Source: Octopus vulgaris
Taxonomy: Eukaryota
Assembly: GCA_951406725.2 (NCBI GenBank)
Contig: OX597814.1
Location: 62,062,001 to 62,126,000, forward strand
Reading direction: 5' to 3'
Length of the DNA stretch: 64,000 nucleotides
Shown: one piece after another, positions 50,279 through 61,262 of the stretch
How positions within the stretch are numbered: the stretch's first letter is position 1
Layout of the letters: every line of letters starts with the position of its first letter
Notes under the pieces: generated by a model
Databases searched by the model: none
What the model was told of the DNA's origin: nothing
What the model saw: only the letters and a program-made list of their open reading frames with translations
Program-made: the position numbers and the translations under genes

Positions 50279-53200
50279 AACCTTTATTCAGGGACCTTTT
50301 GAGCGGGATAGGTTACTTGACCAGAAGAAAATTCTAACTGGGCCCCACCTGCGAGGTCATGTGCTGTTTATCTTGATATGAGATCACCATGTCACGCACA
50401 TATGGTTGTGATGTATTAGCCTAGTGTACCCTTATCAGATGGGTAGTCATGAAGGGTATACTGGGCTTCATATATTTTACCCCAGTGTCACTTTCATGGC
50501 ATGCACTTCTCTTTCACGCCATAATAATAATAATAATAATAATAATCTTATTGTATACAGTGCCAGGTACCCTACAGCTCATTCAGAATGAGTAAAAGAG
50601 AGGATAAGTTAAGTAAAGGAAGACAACAATGAAAACCAAAAGTACATGCATTTGTACACAAATAAAAGACAAAGGTGAACAGTAAGAGAGCCACAAAAAG
50701 AAAATGGTACCTAGGCATGTAGTGTTGGTGAATTTCAGATTTTTGAAGGATGAGGTGTCTCGATGGCTAACAATGGACATGGGTAGTTTCTCCCATGTTT
50801 TTACAATTCTGAGCATGGAAAAATGCTTCTCAAAGTCTTGAGTGCTGTTGGTGTTTTTTTTGTTTTTTTTATATATATATTTTATAAGTATATCCATGGA
50901 TAGTAGAGATAAGGCTCCATCTAAGTAGGTTTCAAACTGATACACACCAGACTCCCTCAGACGCACACACAAAATATCAGAGCAAAATTTGTTGGCACTC
51001 CACTTTATTAATGAGATTGCACCCATATAATTCTTAGACAAGTTTAATAAGTTGAAAACCATCTTATTTGATAAACTTCTTAATTTGTTTACCTCCTTTC
51101 CAATCTCCACTAGGAGAGAGAGACTTGCCTCCATCCTAGTTAGAAACACTGCTCTAACTGTAACACATGACAGGCGATGTTTTTTCATGGTATCTAAGGT
51201 GGCGAGCTGGCAGAAACATTAGCCTGCTGGACGAAATGCTTAGCGGTATTTCATCTTTACGTTCTGCGTTCAAATTCTGTCGTGGCTGATTTGCCTTTCA
51301 TTCTTTCGGGGTCAACAAATTAAGTACCCGTTGCGTACTGAGGTCGATTTAATCGACTGGCCCCACTTCCCCCAAAATTTCGGGCCTTGTGCCTAGAGTA
51401 GAAAACATTATTTTGTCTTTACGCTCAGAGTTCAAATTCCACCGAAGACGACTTTGCCTTTCGTTCTTTCGGGGTCGATAAATTAAGTACCAGTTGCGTA
51501 CTGAGATCGATCTAATCGACTGGCCCCACCTCCCCCAAAAAATTTCGGACCTTGTACCTAGAGTAGAACAGGATATAGTTCATAGTATCTAAGGGAGATA
51601 ACTCTTCAACTTTTTTTTTTTTACTGAAGAAGCATTTACTTAAATTGATTTCAACATGTCCTTTAAAAAATTAGTGAAAATAAATGAAAATTATTGCATT
51701 CAGTTTTTTTTCTGTATAATTTAAACATTTCCCAAGAGTTATGAAAAGGAAGAACAGATTAATGTCCAAATTCTTAAAAAGTTATTTCAAATTTCAGTAA
51801 CTGTAAAGAAAATTACTTGAAAGAATATATTTGAAACAACCATTGTTTTTGAGAGAACAAGTTCACTAGAAATAAAAGGTATTAAGCATTTTCTGTCATT
51901 TTTGTTACCATAGCAACAATTTAACTTCAACTCTATAAAACTAAATTTTAATCAACTTACATTAAATCGCCGCTCTATTCTATCATGAAGCATCCTCTTT
52001 TCTTCAGCTTCTTTCTTAAGTTCTTGCAGCTGTATTTCTCGTTTCTTCCTTTCATGAGAAATCATATCCTCATGTTTCTTCAGAACTTTCAAGGCATTTT
52101 CTTTAGAAAGTTGAGCATCTCTATACATAGATTGTAGTTCCTCTTGCTCATTCAAACTTTGTTTGATTTCCTTCTCAAGGTTTTCTAAAACTAAAGGCCA
52201 TTTTAGAGAGTCCTATAAATAAGAATATAGTTCAAAAAGATTACATACATACATAAGTACGTACATACATTCATACATACATACATACATACATACATAC
52301 ATACATACATACATACATACATACATACATCTATTAGTGGTACAGTGGAGATTTGTAAGACATTCCAAAAATTCTCCATCTGAGATTCTTATGTGAATAG
52401 ATGCATACACTTGAGTGTATACATCGACAGTTCAACCAACACACCCACTCAACCACATATTTACAAACACAGGGAACTCTCTTAACTCAAAATGTCTTGT
52501 GAACAAGTAACACTCAGCATGTAGTTGGAGAGTTGTAAGTATTTAATAACCAGAAAAATTACATATAAAATTTAGAATAATATACTTATTTCTTTTAGTT
52601 TTTGAAGAATTTTTTCATATGTTCTTGTAAGATGTGTGGCCTCATATATTTTCATCTGTGCTTTATCACAGCTATTTTCCAAGTATCTTATTCTCTGTTT
52701 TATAGAAAATAGATATATTAAAAATAGAAATCTTTTACTCTAAAACATACATATGAAATAAGTTTTTCAAACCAAATATGTTTATCCCAAAATACACTAC
52801 CTTCTATGAATTCATCAATTTTCTCAGACACTGTGATGCTTTTGATCAATCAGAACATCCAACCATTAGTCTGATAACAGTAGTTAAACAACAATAACTG
52901 TTGCTGCTGCTGCTCCTGATACTACAACTAAGCTATTATGTGGTTGTTTAGTCTTTTGGAAATGACAACCAAATATTCCTAAGATTACACTCTACCATCT
53001 TAAAAAAAGAAGGAAGGGTACATTGATATAATGTAGTCCTGTGTATATTATGCCTGAAAAAGACAAGATGGTTATAGTTGGAGTGCTTCCAATCATAGGT
53101 CTGAACAATCAGAAGAGGCAACCTGGAGTTAAACATCAATAACAACAGTAACAGCAACAGCAACAACAATAAAGCATCCCCTATATCTGTAACACTCAAA

Positions 53201-56200
53201 CTTTTTTTTTTTTATTTCATAGCAGAAAATTACCTTCATCAACATCATTATTTAAAGAGTATTTTCTATGTTGGCATGGGATGGACACTCAGGATAAAAT
53301 TGAGAATTTTTGGTACACTTTGCATATAAAGTTAAAAAAAAAAAGAGCTAAAAAAATTTTCAAATTTTGAAAAAGAAATATAGAAAAATATTGATTATCT
53401 TGTTTCGTTAAAGTGCATCAGATGTAGTGTGCAAGAGAGAAGACTGCACCGGCATGACCATGTGATGCATATAGACAAGGATAGTTGTATAAAGAAGTGT
53501 CAATCATTAACTGTGAAGGGAACCTATGGAAGAGGTAGATCCAGAAAGATGTGGGATGAGGTGGTGAAATATGATCTTCAGATGTTGAGTTTCATGTAGG
53601 TGATGACAGAGACCAAAACTTTTGGTGATTTGCTATGCTTGAGAAGATATGTCAAGCTAAGTGAAATCATGGTCATGGCCAGTGCTGGTGATGCATAAAA
53701 GGCACCTGCGCTGGTGACATGTAAAAGGCACCCAGTACACTCCGTGGAGTGGTTAGCATTAGGAAGGGCATCCAGCTGCACAAACCAAGCCAAAATAGAC
53801 TGGAGTAGCCCTACGGCTTACAAGTTCCAATTAAACCATCCAACTCATGTCAGTATGGAAAAGAGACGCTAAATAAGGACGATGACAATGACAACGACAA
53901 TGATGATGACGACAACAACAACAATGATGTGCACCAATGCGTATGACTAAATTATGAATTCCATGATTTTCAAAACATTCACCTATTAGTATTGATATTC
54001 TAATGCCTTAAACTATACTTTTAAATGTCTATGTCATATCTAGACATTCCACATGGAGTATCTAGTGCAATGTAGTGCACCATTTGAGGATCACAACCAT
54101 ATATCTATGCCAATGGTTCCTAAACATTATTCAACAGGGTGTGTAGCTCAGTGATCAGACAAATCCTTCAAGTGAAACCAACTTGCTGGAGACCAAGGGG
54201 AAACGAGCTGGCTGAAACATTAGCACACTGGGTGAAATGCTTAACGGTATTTCGTCTGCCGTTACGTTCTGAGTTCAAATTCCACTGAGGTTGACTTTGC
54301 CTTTCATCCTCTCGTGGCTGATAAATTAAGTACCAGTTATGCACTGGGGATCGATGTAATCGACTTAATCCCTTCGTCTGTCCTTGTTTGTCCCCTCTAT
54401 GTTTAGCCCCTTGTGGGCAATAAAGAAATAAGAAATAAGGGGAAACCAAAAATGAGATGGTTGGAAAATGGTGACACTTGAAAATCCAGATAGAAAATTT
54501 AATGACAGTTGCTTCTGAAAAGATCCTGCAGTGGAGATTTTTAAGGACTCTACCCTGATAACCATCCCAGGAATAGAGGCTACATTTTACAAGCCTTAAT
54601 TTTTATAAAACGTTAAATGGAACAAACTTGTTTCACAGAATTTATTTCGGAGGAAAAAATGGTTTTAGTCACATTGTGTAGAACAAGTGTCTTCTACCAT
54701 AGACCAGGATCAACTAATACCATACGTGTGGGAACAAAGTTTGTTTTGTGGGTGAAAACCAAGGTCTTCAAATGGTGAAGAGCACTGAACATTCTCTCAC
54801 TTGATGCAACTGATATCCTCCCAAAATTTCATTGGGTGTGCTTGTACTCCTGACACATTCTGTTCCAAAGCCAATGACCAGCGTTTTGTGAGTGAATTTT
54901 GTAGACACAAACTGTGAATATGTGGTAAGAAGCTTGCTTCTCAATCACTTGATCCTGGGTCCAGTCCCACTGCATGGTACCTTGGGCAAGTGTCATCTAC
55001 TGTAGCCTTGGGCTGACCAAAGCCTTGAGAGTTGATTTAGTAGATGGAAACTGAAAGAAGCCTGTCATGTGCATGTATGTGTGTGTGTGTTTGTTCCCCA
55101 ACCTTGCTTCAAAACCGATGTTGGAGTGTTTATGTTTCTGTAACTTAGTGGTTCAGCAAAAGAGACCAACAGAATAAGTCCTAGGTGAAAGAAATGAAAG
55201 AAAGAAATGAAAATGTGATAATATTTTGTTAAACCTGAGCTTCTGTAGATTCCTTTTTATCTGTTGTTATTGCTAAAAAAGATGCTTGCTGTTGTTCATT
55301 GTATGTTATCTGCATATTCCTCAGTTGCTTTTCTTTCACAGCAACCTGATGTTTTAGAGCATTGAGAAGTCGCATACCATCAGAGACTTTATGATCCAAA
55401 ATAGTTATGGCTTCCTGAATGAAATTTAAAAAAAAAACAATTTTAAATATTACACATTTGTTTTTTCAAGCCAAAACAACATAAGTTAAAGGGAAATAAA
55501 TACAAGTTGATAGTTTCTACTTCTATCTTGTATTTCAATATTTTAGGGAATGAACTTTTTCAGGATATCTTTGGAGAAATGGTGTTGGGGCCAACTTCTC
55601 TGTTCTATAGTGTGTGCATATACAGGGTTGCTTTCCATGCACAAAATGGTGTTACTGTTTTTTTTTTATGATGAAGATGATGAGGAAGAGGGGGAGGAGG
55701 AGGATTAGCAATGAATGAAATATTTTTTATTTAATATTTTAGATGTGCTTTTTGTTTTTCTTCTGGTTGTTTTTGTGTATTTTAATTTACACTATCACTT
55801 GTGTATCGCATTTTACATCATCATTATCATCATCATCATATTTATCCTAAACACAACCCTCATTAACATGATTAAAAAATCCTTTTATTTATATTACTTA
55901 TGAGGGAATCAGTGCAACAATGGTTGCTGATATTTCTGTGACATTATCATCCTACTTTCCTATTCTTAAAGTGTGTGACACCCTTGCTGACATTTTTTGC
56001 TAATTACATTACTTAAATTTAAAACCTCCTGATACCTTTAACTACTGTCTATAACATCTTGATTGGAAAACAATGCTCTACATAGTCATTTGTCCTGATA
56101 GAAATAGCAGCCAATTCATCCTCAAATTACATTGTACTAACATACAAAAGGTTACATTGGATAATGTTGCCTTTGGTGTCCCGTTTCTGGGGAAAAGATA

Positions 56201-57790
56201 GGATAATTAAGGTTAGACTACCTTTGATCTGCTAGATCAAAGCTGACCTTGACTAAGAAGAAAATAATAACAAATACAACAACATGATTAAATAACTTCT
56301 TTGAAAATCAATATTTACCTGCCCAGTTTTGTTTTTTAGAGACGCTCGTTCAGTTGGTTTGTCCTTTAAGGCCTTGTTAATCACAGCTTCATCTTTCTGT
56401 AAAGAAGAGAATAGTCAAGCATTTGAGAGATAGAATAACTGTAATGGGTTTAGCTACAACAGCTACTAAGAGATATAAGAAGCTAAAGTGAGTTTAGCAA
56501 TGACATTTATTGAAGGATACAATAGTTGTAGTGACATTAGTTAAAGTACTTATCAAGGTATATAATACCTGTAGTGAGTTTGGTTATAATATTTATTAAA
56601 AAGGTGGTGAGCTGACAGAATTGCTAGCACATCAGGCAGGATTTCATTTGCCTTTATGTTCTGAGTTCAAATGCCACCAAGGCTGACTTTGCCTTTTATC
56701 CTTTCAGGGTTGATAAAATAAATACTTGTTGAGCAGGGTTGATGGCCTTCTGCCAAAATTTGAAGCTGATATTTACTAGGAGATAAAACAGCTGTTATAA
56801 GTTAAACTATAGCCTTAACCCTTTAACATTTAAATTACTCTATCAAATGTAATGCTTGTTTGTTCACAATGTTTTGAATTTATCATGCATAATCTCATAG
56901 CTTTGAAATCTTGATGAGGTAACTATTTATTTTTAGAATGACATTGTAAGGTTGGTGTGAGAGGCTTGATATGGTCAGTTTGGACATAAAACAAGTAAAA
57001 TATTTTGGCCAGATACGGCCGGTTTAAACGCTAAGAGGTTACTTGAGGAGATATAAGAACTGCAGTGAGCTTTGTTACATTTCTTGAGATATACAATAAC
57101 TGTAGTATTGCATTTCTTCTAGATCTTTACATTCTCAGTTCAAATCCTGCTGAGGTCACCTTTGCCTTTCATCCCTTTGAGTTTGATAAAATAAAGTATC
57201 AGTCAAGTACTTGGGTTGATGTAATCAATATGTCTCCACTCCTCAATCCTGAAACAGACTGGCATCCCAATCACAAGAATTGTCAAGTGGTAGTGGGAGA
57301 CGAACACAAACTCAAACACACACACACACGATACAATAGGCTTCTTTCAGTCTCCCTCTATCAAATCTACTCAAGACTTTGGTCCAGCTAATGCTATGGG
57401 AGAAGACACCTGCCCACGGTGCCATGCAGTGAGACTGTACCCAGAACCATGCTATTGGAAGCAAGCTTAAGGCCTTGTGCTGCACTATCTTAAATATAAG
57501 TGAGTTCCTTGATAACTTGAATGTAAGTTCTTAGAGAATTTTGAATAGGAAAATATCGCTCAGTAATTGAACTACTTACCATATGTAAATCATGAAGTTT
57601 TTGACGAAGTTCTTTGTTTTCTTTTCTCAATGTCTTTATTTTCTCTTTGTTCCTCTTTATTGTGAACTGAGATATTTCATTGTAAGCTTTTCTATCACCA
57701 TCTTACCATGCAATGAAATAATAGTCAATATCAGACTCTTTCAATTTTTGAAATGCAAAGAGCAAAAAAGCACACACGAACACACACACG

Positions 57791-57829
<39 letters not shown>

Positions 57830-59877
57830 AAAGTTATATTCTTTTTTTCTTTTACTTGTTTCACTCATTTGACTATTGCCATGCTGGAGCACTGCCCTGA
57901 AGGGTTTTAGTCAAACAAATCAACCCCCAGAACTTTTTTTTAAAGTCTAGTATTTATTCTATTGTTTTTTTTTTGCCAAACCACTAAATTATGGGGACAT
58001 AAGCTCACCAATACTGGTTGTCAAGCCCTGATGGGGGACAAACACAGACACAACCACACACACACACATGTACAACATGCTTCATTCAGTTTCCATCTAC
58101 CAAATCCACTCATATAGCCTTGGTTGGCCCAAGGCTATAGAAAAAGTGACTTGCCCAAAGTGCCATGCTGTGGGACTGAAGCTGGAACCATATGGTTGGG
58201 AAGCAAGCTTCTTATCACACAGCCACACCTGTGCCTCATCATCATCATCGTCATCATGATTTAACATCCGCTTTCCATGGTGGGTTGGACGGTTTGACTG
58301 AGAACTGGCAGGCCAGAAGACTGTACTAGGCTCCAATCTGATTTGGCAAGGTTTCTACAGCTGAATATCCTTCCTAATGCCAACCACACTAAATGTGTAG
58401 TGGATGCTTTTTATGTGCCATTAGCACAAAAGCCAGTCATTTGCACTGGCATTGGCTACACTCGGATGGTGCATTTTACATGCCACCAGCACAGATGCCA
58501 GTCAGGTAGCACTGGCATCAGCCGCAACTATGATTTCACTCAGCTCAACAGATCTCCACAAACATGGCATATTGGCCAACGATTGAAGGGTGCTTTTAAA
58601 TGGGTTATTTATGCAACACTGGCATCAGCCACAACTATGATCTCACTTGGCTTGCTAGGTCTTCTCAAGCATGACATATCTCCAAAGGTCTCGGTCACTA
58701 GTCATTGTCTTGGTGAGGACCAACGTTTGAAGATTGTGCATTACCACCTAATCTCATGCCTTCCTGGGTCTACCTCTTCCACAGGGTCCCTCCATTGTTA
58801 GGGTGTGGCACTTCTTCACATAGCTGTCCTCATCCATGCACGTCATATGACCATATCAGTGCAGTCGTCTCTCTTGCACACTACATCTGATGCTTCTTGT
58901 GTCCAACTTTTTTCTCAGGGTGCTTACACTCTGTCGTGTAAGTACACTGACATTACACATCGTCCTCAGCAGTCACAGCCCATTTTTCAATGCTGTGTAG
59001 CATGGCTATTCACACACAGGCATCATACAGTCTACCTTCCACTCTGAGTGAAAGGTACTTTGTTACCAGCAGAGGTAGGAGCTCTCTGAACTTTGCCCAG
59101 CTTATTCTTATTGTAGCAGCTATGCTCTCAGAGCATCCACCCCCACTACTGACTTGGTCACCTAGGTAACGGAAGCTATGAACTACTTCTAGATTTTTCC
59201 CCTGGCATGTGATGGAATCTGTTTTCTGTAAATTTTTGGTGTTTATTGCACCTGTGCATCTTCCACACACAAAAACTATCTTCCCAGTTAACCTTCCTTT
59301 GATATTGCTGCACCTCTTATGTGTCCAAAGCTTACACCGGGCACATCTTATGGATTTTCAACCTACCCCTTTTCTACAGATCGAGTATGGCCATCTACCT
59401 AATGGACTTGTGATTTGTCTGGCTTCCTACTTAGTAAGACTTTGGTTTTTGCTAGATTAACTTCGATTCTAAACCTTGCTTCCACACCTGAAACTTCTTC
59501 TCTAGTTCTGGTAGTGACTCAGATATTAGAGCAAGGTCATCAGCATACAGGAGCACCCAGAGGTAGCCTCTCTTGAATTCCTGTTATTGCCTGGAGGACT
59601 ATGATGAACAAGAGGATGATGAGGGTTGATTATACCCCTATATATATATATATATATGCTTTTCTTATATTGTTGAGAAATATATTACTGGTTATGACAT
59701 ATAACTAGTGAAAATGTTTGCACCAGCTATTGCTATGAGCAAGTTTGAATGAAACTGTTGGTAACATTCTCACCAGTTATTGCTTGACAATATAAGAATA
59801 TAACCATTCTGATTCTCTTTTTGAATGAGGTATTTTTCTTACTAATTGATAATTTATGTACGTATGTATGTATATGC

Positions 59878-59934
<57 letters not shown>

Positions 59935-61183
59935 AAGAGAGAGCGAGAGAAAGAGAGGAAGGTGGGAGAGGAGGATCAAAGCTAGAGAAGCCCAGCTATT
60001 TTGTCAGCTGAGTCTTGTCCAGTTTTAATCCTCACTTGATATTTCGAATTAAACATCTGCCGCTCAGCTCATACATTTCCAGTTGCCATTAATCTTTGTA
60101 CACTCTGCTTGTTTCTCTGACAATTGACAACATACTTTACCATAAATAATCTGTCCTTTACACATGAAAAAAAAATTCTGTTTCTAATAGAAGCATTTCT
60201 TCTTGACACTCAACTCTTACCATAATATTTTGTATAAGCTGTTTCAATTTATGTTGTTTCAAGTGAATTCATAAAATATTTTAAACTGGCACGAATTTTG
60301 TTCAAGCATATGACAGCTGGGTACATGTTATTGACAAGTGTCATGGAGGATGAAACATGCCTAATGTTCCCTTGAATTATTGTTGTGACAAAGATCATCT
60401 CACTTTGATATATCTTTCCTTTATCTTTTATTTGTTTCAGTCATATGACTGCAGCCACGCTGGTGCACCACCTAGAAAGGTTTCAGTTGAACAAATTGAG
60501 CCTGGTACTTATTCTGTTGATATCTTTTGCCAAACTGCTAAGTTACAAGGATGTAAACACGCCAACACTGGTTGTCAAGCTGTAGTGGAGGACAAATACA
60601 GACACACACACATAGATATATATGTGTGTATATATATATATATATGATGGGCTTCTTTCAGTTTCCATTCACTAAATCCACTCACAAGGCTTTGGTCATC
60701 CCGAGGCTATAGTAGAAGACACTTACCCAAGGTATCACGAAGTGGGACTGACCCCAGAACCATGTGGTTGGGAAGCAAGCATCTTACCACACAGTCACAC
60801 CTATATATATATATATATATATAAACATCTATATATAAGCATAAGCTTACACACACACACATACATACATACATTCATACATGTATGTATGTATGTATGT
60901 ATGTATGTATGCACTCGGCAGTAGTGACAGTGACTCAAGGCCCAAGTCTTTCGTGCATAGAACGTATCAAACACGCACATACGCACATACATTCACACGC
61001 GCGCACGTATTTGTGTGTGTGTGTGTGCGTATAGTAGAGCGAGCGCATAACATTTTATCTATTCAGATCCACTAAAGAAAGTAGATAGCATGAAATCTTA
61101 CCAAGAAGGCATTTCTTTGCTTTCATCTCTTCTATCTTTTCAGATACAGGCCTGTCCACGGAGATTTCCCTTAGATCAGGCAT
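38488..61183 (-). CDS. ODAD3: Outer dynein arm-docking complex subunit 3 (CCDC151); complement(join(38488..38615,38763..38844,40604..40759,41901..42057,46879..47039,47708..47854,51961..52212,52590..52694,55235..55414,56319..56396,57580..57701,61102..61183)), 549 aa
   Basis: Long coiled coil with LLDGDRKAY, LKNKTGQ, LENSCDKAQMK, ERKKRE..AEEK, IKEATG, MKYTGE, EEKLLKL, RLPAYNTR, matching recalled human CCDC151 blocks in order; 1650 nt; all phases consistent; one non-GT donor (intron 5). Confidence 0.93.
38763..38844 (-). CDS. ODAD3: ODAD3 exon 11
   Basis: cag|FHINIESRLPAYNTRVKLSTQLENIYA|gtgag. Confidence 0.92.
39697..39867. mobile_element. Fold-back element with two inverted hammerhead-like motifs
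   Basis: About 80-bp inverted arms; consensus CCUU-CUGAAGA-U-AGGC..GCCU-GAAA-UAUA-CAGG at 39713-39750 (-) and 39815-39852 (+). Confidence 0.7.
40604..40759 (-). CDS. ODAD3: ODAD3 exon 10
   Basis: cag|PKGYT..YVLDQLALCEEKLLKL..MEDEE|gtaag. Confidence 0.92.
40929..41069 (+). mobile_element. Small element with terminal stem and G3-C8 hammerhead-like core
   Basis: TGCAGC..GGAA / TTCC..GCTGCA ends; GUGAACA-G-GUCGC(9 nt)GCGAC-GAAA-AUAUUU at 40949-40985. Confidence 0.55.
41901..42057 (-). CDS. ODAD3: ODAD3 exon 9
   Basis: cag|GQRMLEEFQEKL..SGIDHLADRLSHLKT|gtatgt. Confidence 0.92.
43870..44062 (+). mobile_element. About 190-bp repeat starting with a U3-A8 hammerhead-like motif
   Basis: CUA-UUGAAAA-G-GUUGCA(AGA)UGCAAC-GAAA-AUUU; same family as 47120-47396; next to (TA)n. 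Confidence 0.65.
46879..47039 (-). CDS. ODAD3: ODAD3 exon 8
   Basis: aag|EVVSRFENQG..FEEMKYTGETKLS|gtaat. Confidence 0.92.
47120..47396. mobile_element. Fold-back copy of the U3-A8 family in a (TA)n tract
   Basis: Inverted arms around about 47314; motifs at about 47273-47310 (-) and 47318-47354 (+). Confidence 0.7.
47708..47854 (-). CDS. ODAD3: ODAD3 exon 7
   Basis: tag|AQRPSFQ..YEEAFRRIKEATGVSDTM|gtaaa. Confidence 0.92.
49700..49960 (+). mobile_element. R4/Dong-clade 3' fragment embedded in (AAT)n
   Basis: [46 protein letters not shown]; AAT repeats on both sides. Confidence 0.8.
50560..50985 (-). mobile_element. CR1-type LINE 3' fragment
   Basis: HFSMLRIVKTWEKLPMSIVS..SSFK resembles the FFSxRVVxxWNxLP..SFK end of CR1 ORF2. 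Confidence 0.6.
51200..51578 (+). mobile_element. Young tandem-dimer tRNA-derived SINE inside one TSD
   Basis: TTCAT(G/A)GTATCTAAGG at 51184-51199 and 51579-51594; CpGs retained. Confidence 0.82.
51904..51917. promoter_or_regulatory. RFX X-box in ODAD3 intron 6
   Basis: GTTACCATAGCAAC, a full match to GTTNCCATRGNAAC. Confidence 0.5.
51961..52212 (-). CDS. ODAD3: ODAD3 exon 6
   Basis: tag|DSLKWPLVLENLEKEI..ERKKRE..RIERRFN|gtaagt. Confidence 0.88.
52243..52330. repeat. (TACA)n microsatellite in ODAD3 intron 5
   Basis: Tandem ATAC units. Confidence 0.95.
52590..52694 (-). CDS. ODAD3: ODAD3 exon 5 (3' boundary non-canonical)
   Basis: cag|RIRYLENSCDKAQMKIYEATHLTRTYEKILQKLKE|ataagt. Confidence 0.8.
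53410..53880 (+). mobile_element. RTE LINE 3' end
   Basis: Reverse complement of 58240-58900; ends in GAT/GAC repeats. Confidence 0.75.
54205..54436 (+). mobile_element. tRNA-derived SINE with TSD
   Basis: AAGGGGAAAC at 54195-54204 and 54437-54446; B-box GAGTTCAAATTCC. Confidence 0.85.
54918..55190 (+). mobile_element. Second tRNA-derived SINE family (TGTGGTAAGAAGCTTGCTTC head, internal (GT)n)
   Basis: Related copies at about 16185, 24270-24560, 44535-44700, 57330-57470, 57850-58230 and 60420-60800. Confidence 0.8.
55235..55414 (-). CDS. ODAD3: ODAD3 exon 4
   Basis: cag|EAITILDHK..NALKHQV..ESTEAQ|gttta. Confidence 0.9.
56319..56396 (-). CDS. ODAD3: ODAD3 exon 3
   Basis: cag|KDEAVINKALKDKPTERASLKNKTGQ|gtaaa. 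Confidence 0.9.
57580..57701 (-). CDS. ODAD3: ODAD3 exon 2
   Basis: (D)GDRKAYNEISQFTIKRNKEKIKTLRKENKELRQKLHDLHM|gtaag. Confidence 0.9.
58236..59632 (-). mobile_element. 5'-truncated RTE LINE with 3' UTR and (GAT)n tail
   Basis: [37 protein letters not shown]; short 3'-end copies also at about 1570, 4330, 13500, 30005, 31240, 42085, 43490 and 48700. Confidence 0.88.
59880..59955. repeat. (GA)n microsatellite
   Basis: Long GA run; other simple repeats at 31377 (GT), 37881 (AT), 45618 (CT), 47425 (TA), 48023 (GAT), 49647 and 50185 (AAT), 63762 (TACA). Confidence 0.95.
61102..61183 (-). CDS. ODAD3: ODAD3 coding exon 1
   Basis: caaaaATG PDLREISVDRPVSEKIEEMKAKKCLL|gtaag; in-frame TGA upstream. 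Confidence 0.85.
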
Positions 61184-61202
61184 TTTTGTTGCGCTAATTT
61201 CT

Positions 61203-61262
61203 GTCACCAGCAAGTGCCCTCAAATGTTTACGTTGGTATCTAAGGTACGCTTCATTGGCAAC
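61203..61262 (-). promoter_or_regulatory. ODAD3 proximal promoter/5' UTR with forkhead and RFX-like sites
   Basis: GTCACCAGCAAG 61203-61214 (near X-box), TGTTTAC 61225-61231 (FOX), GGCAAC 61257-61262 (X-box half site). Confidence 0.45.

Noticed and set aside
52584-52589. U12-type (minor spliceosome) AT-AC intron
   Set aside because: Donor is ATAAGT, not ATATCCT, and no TCCTTAAC branch site is visible near the acceptor
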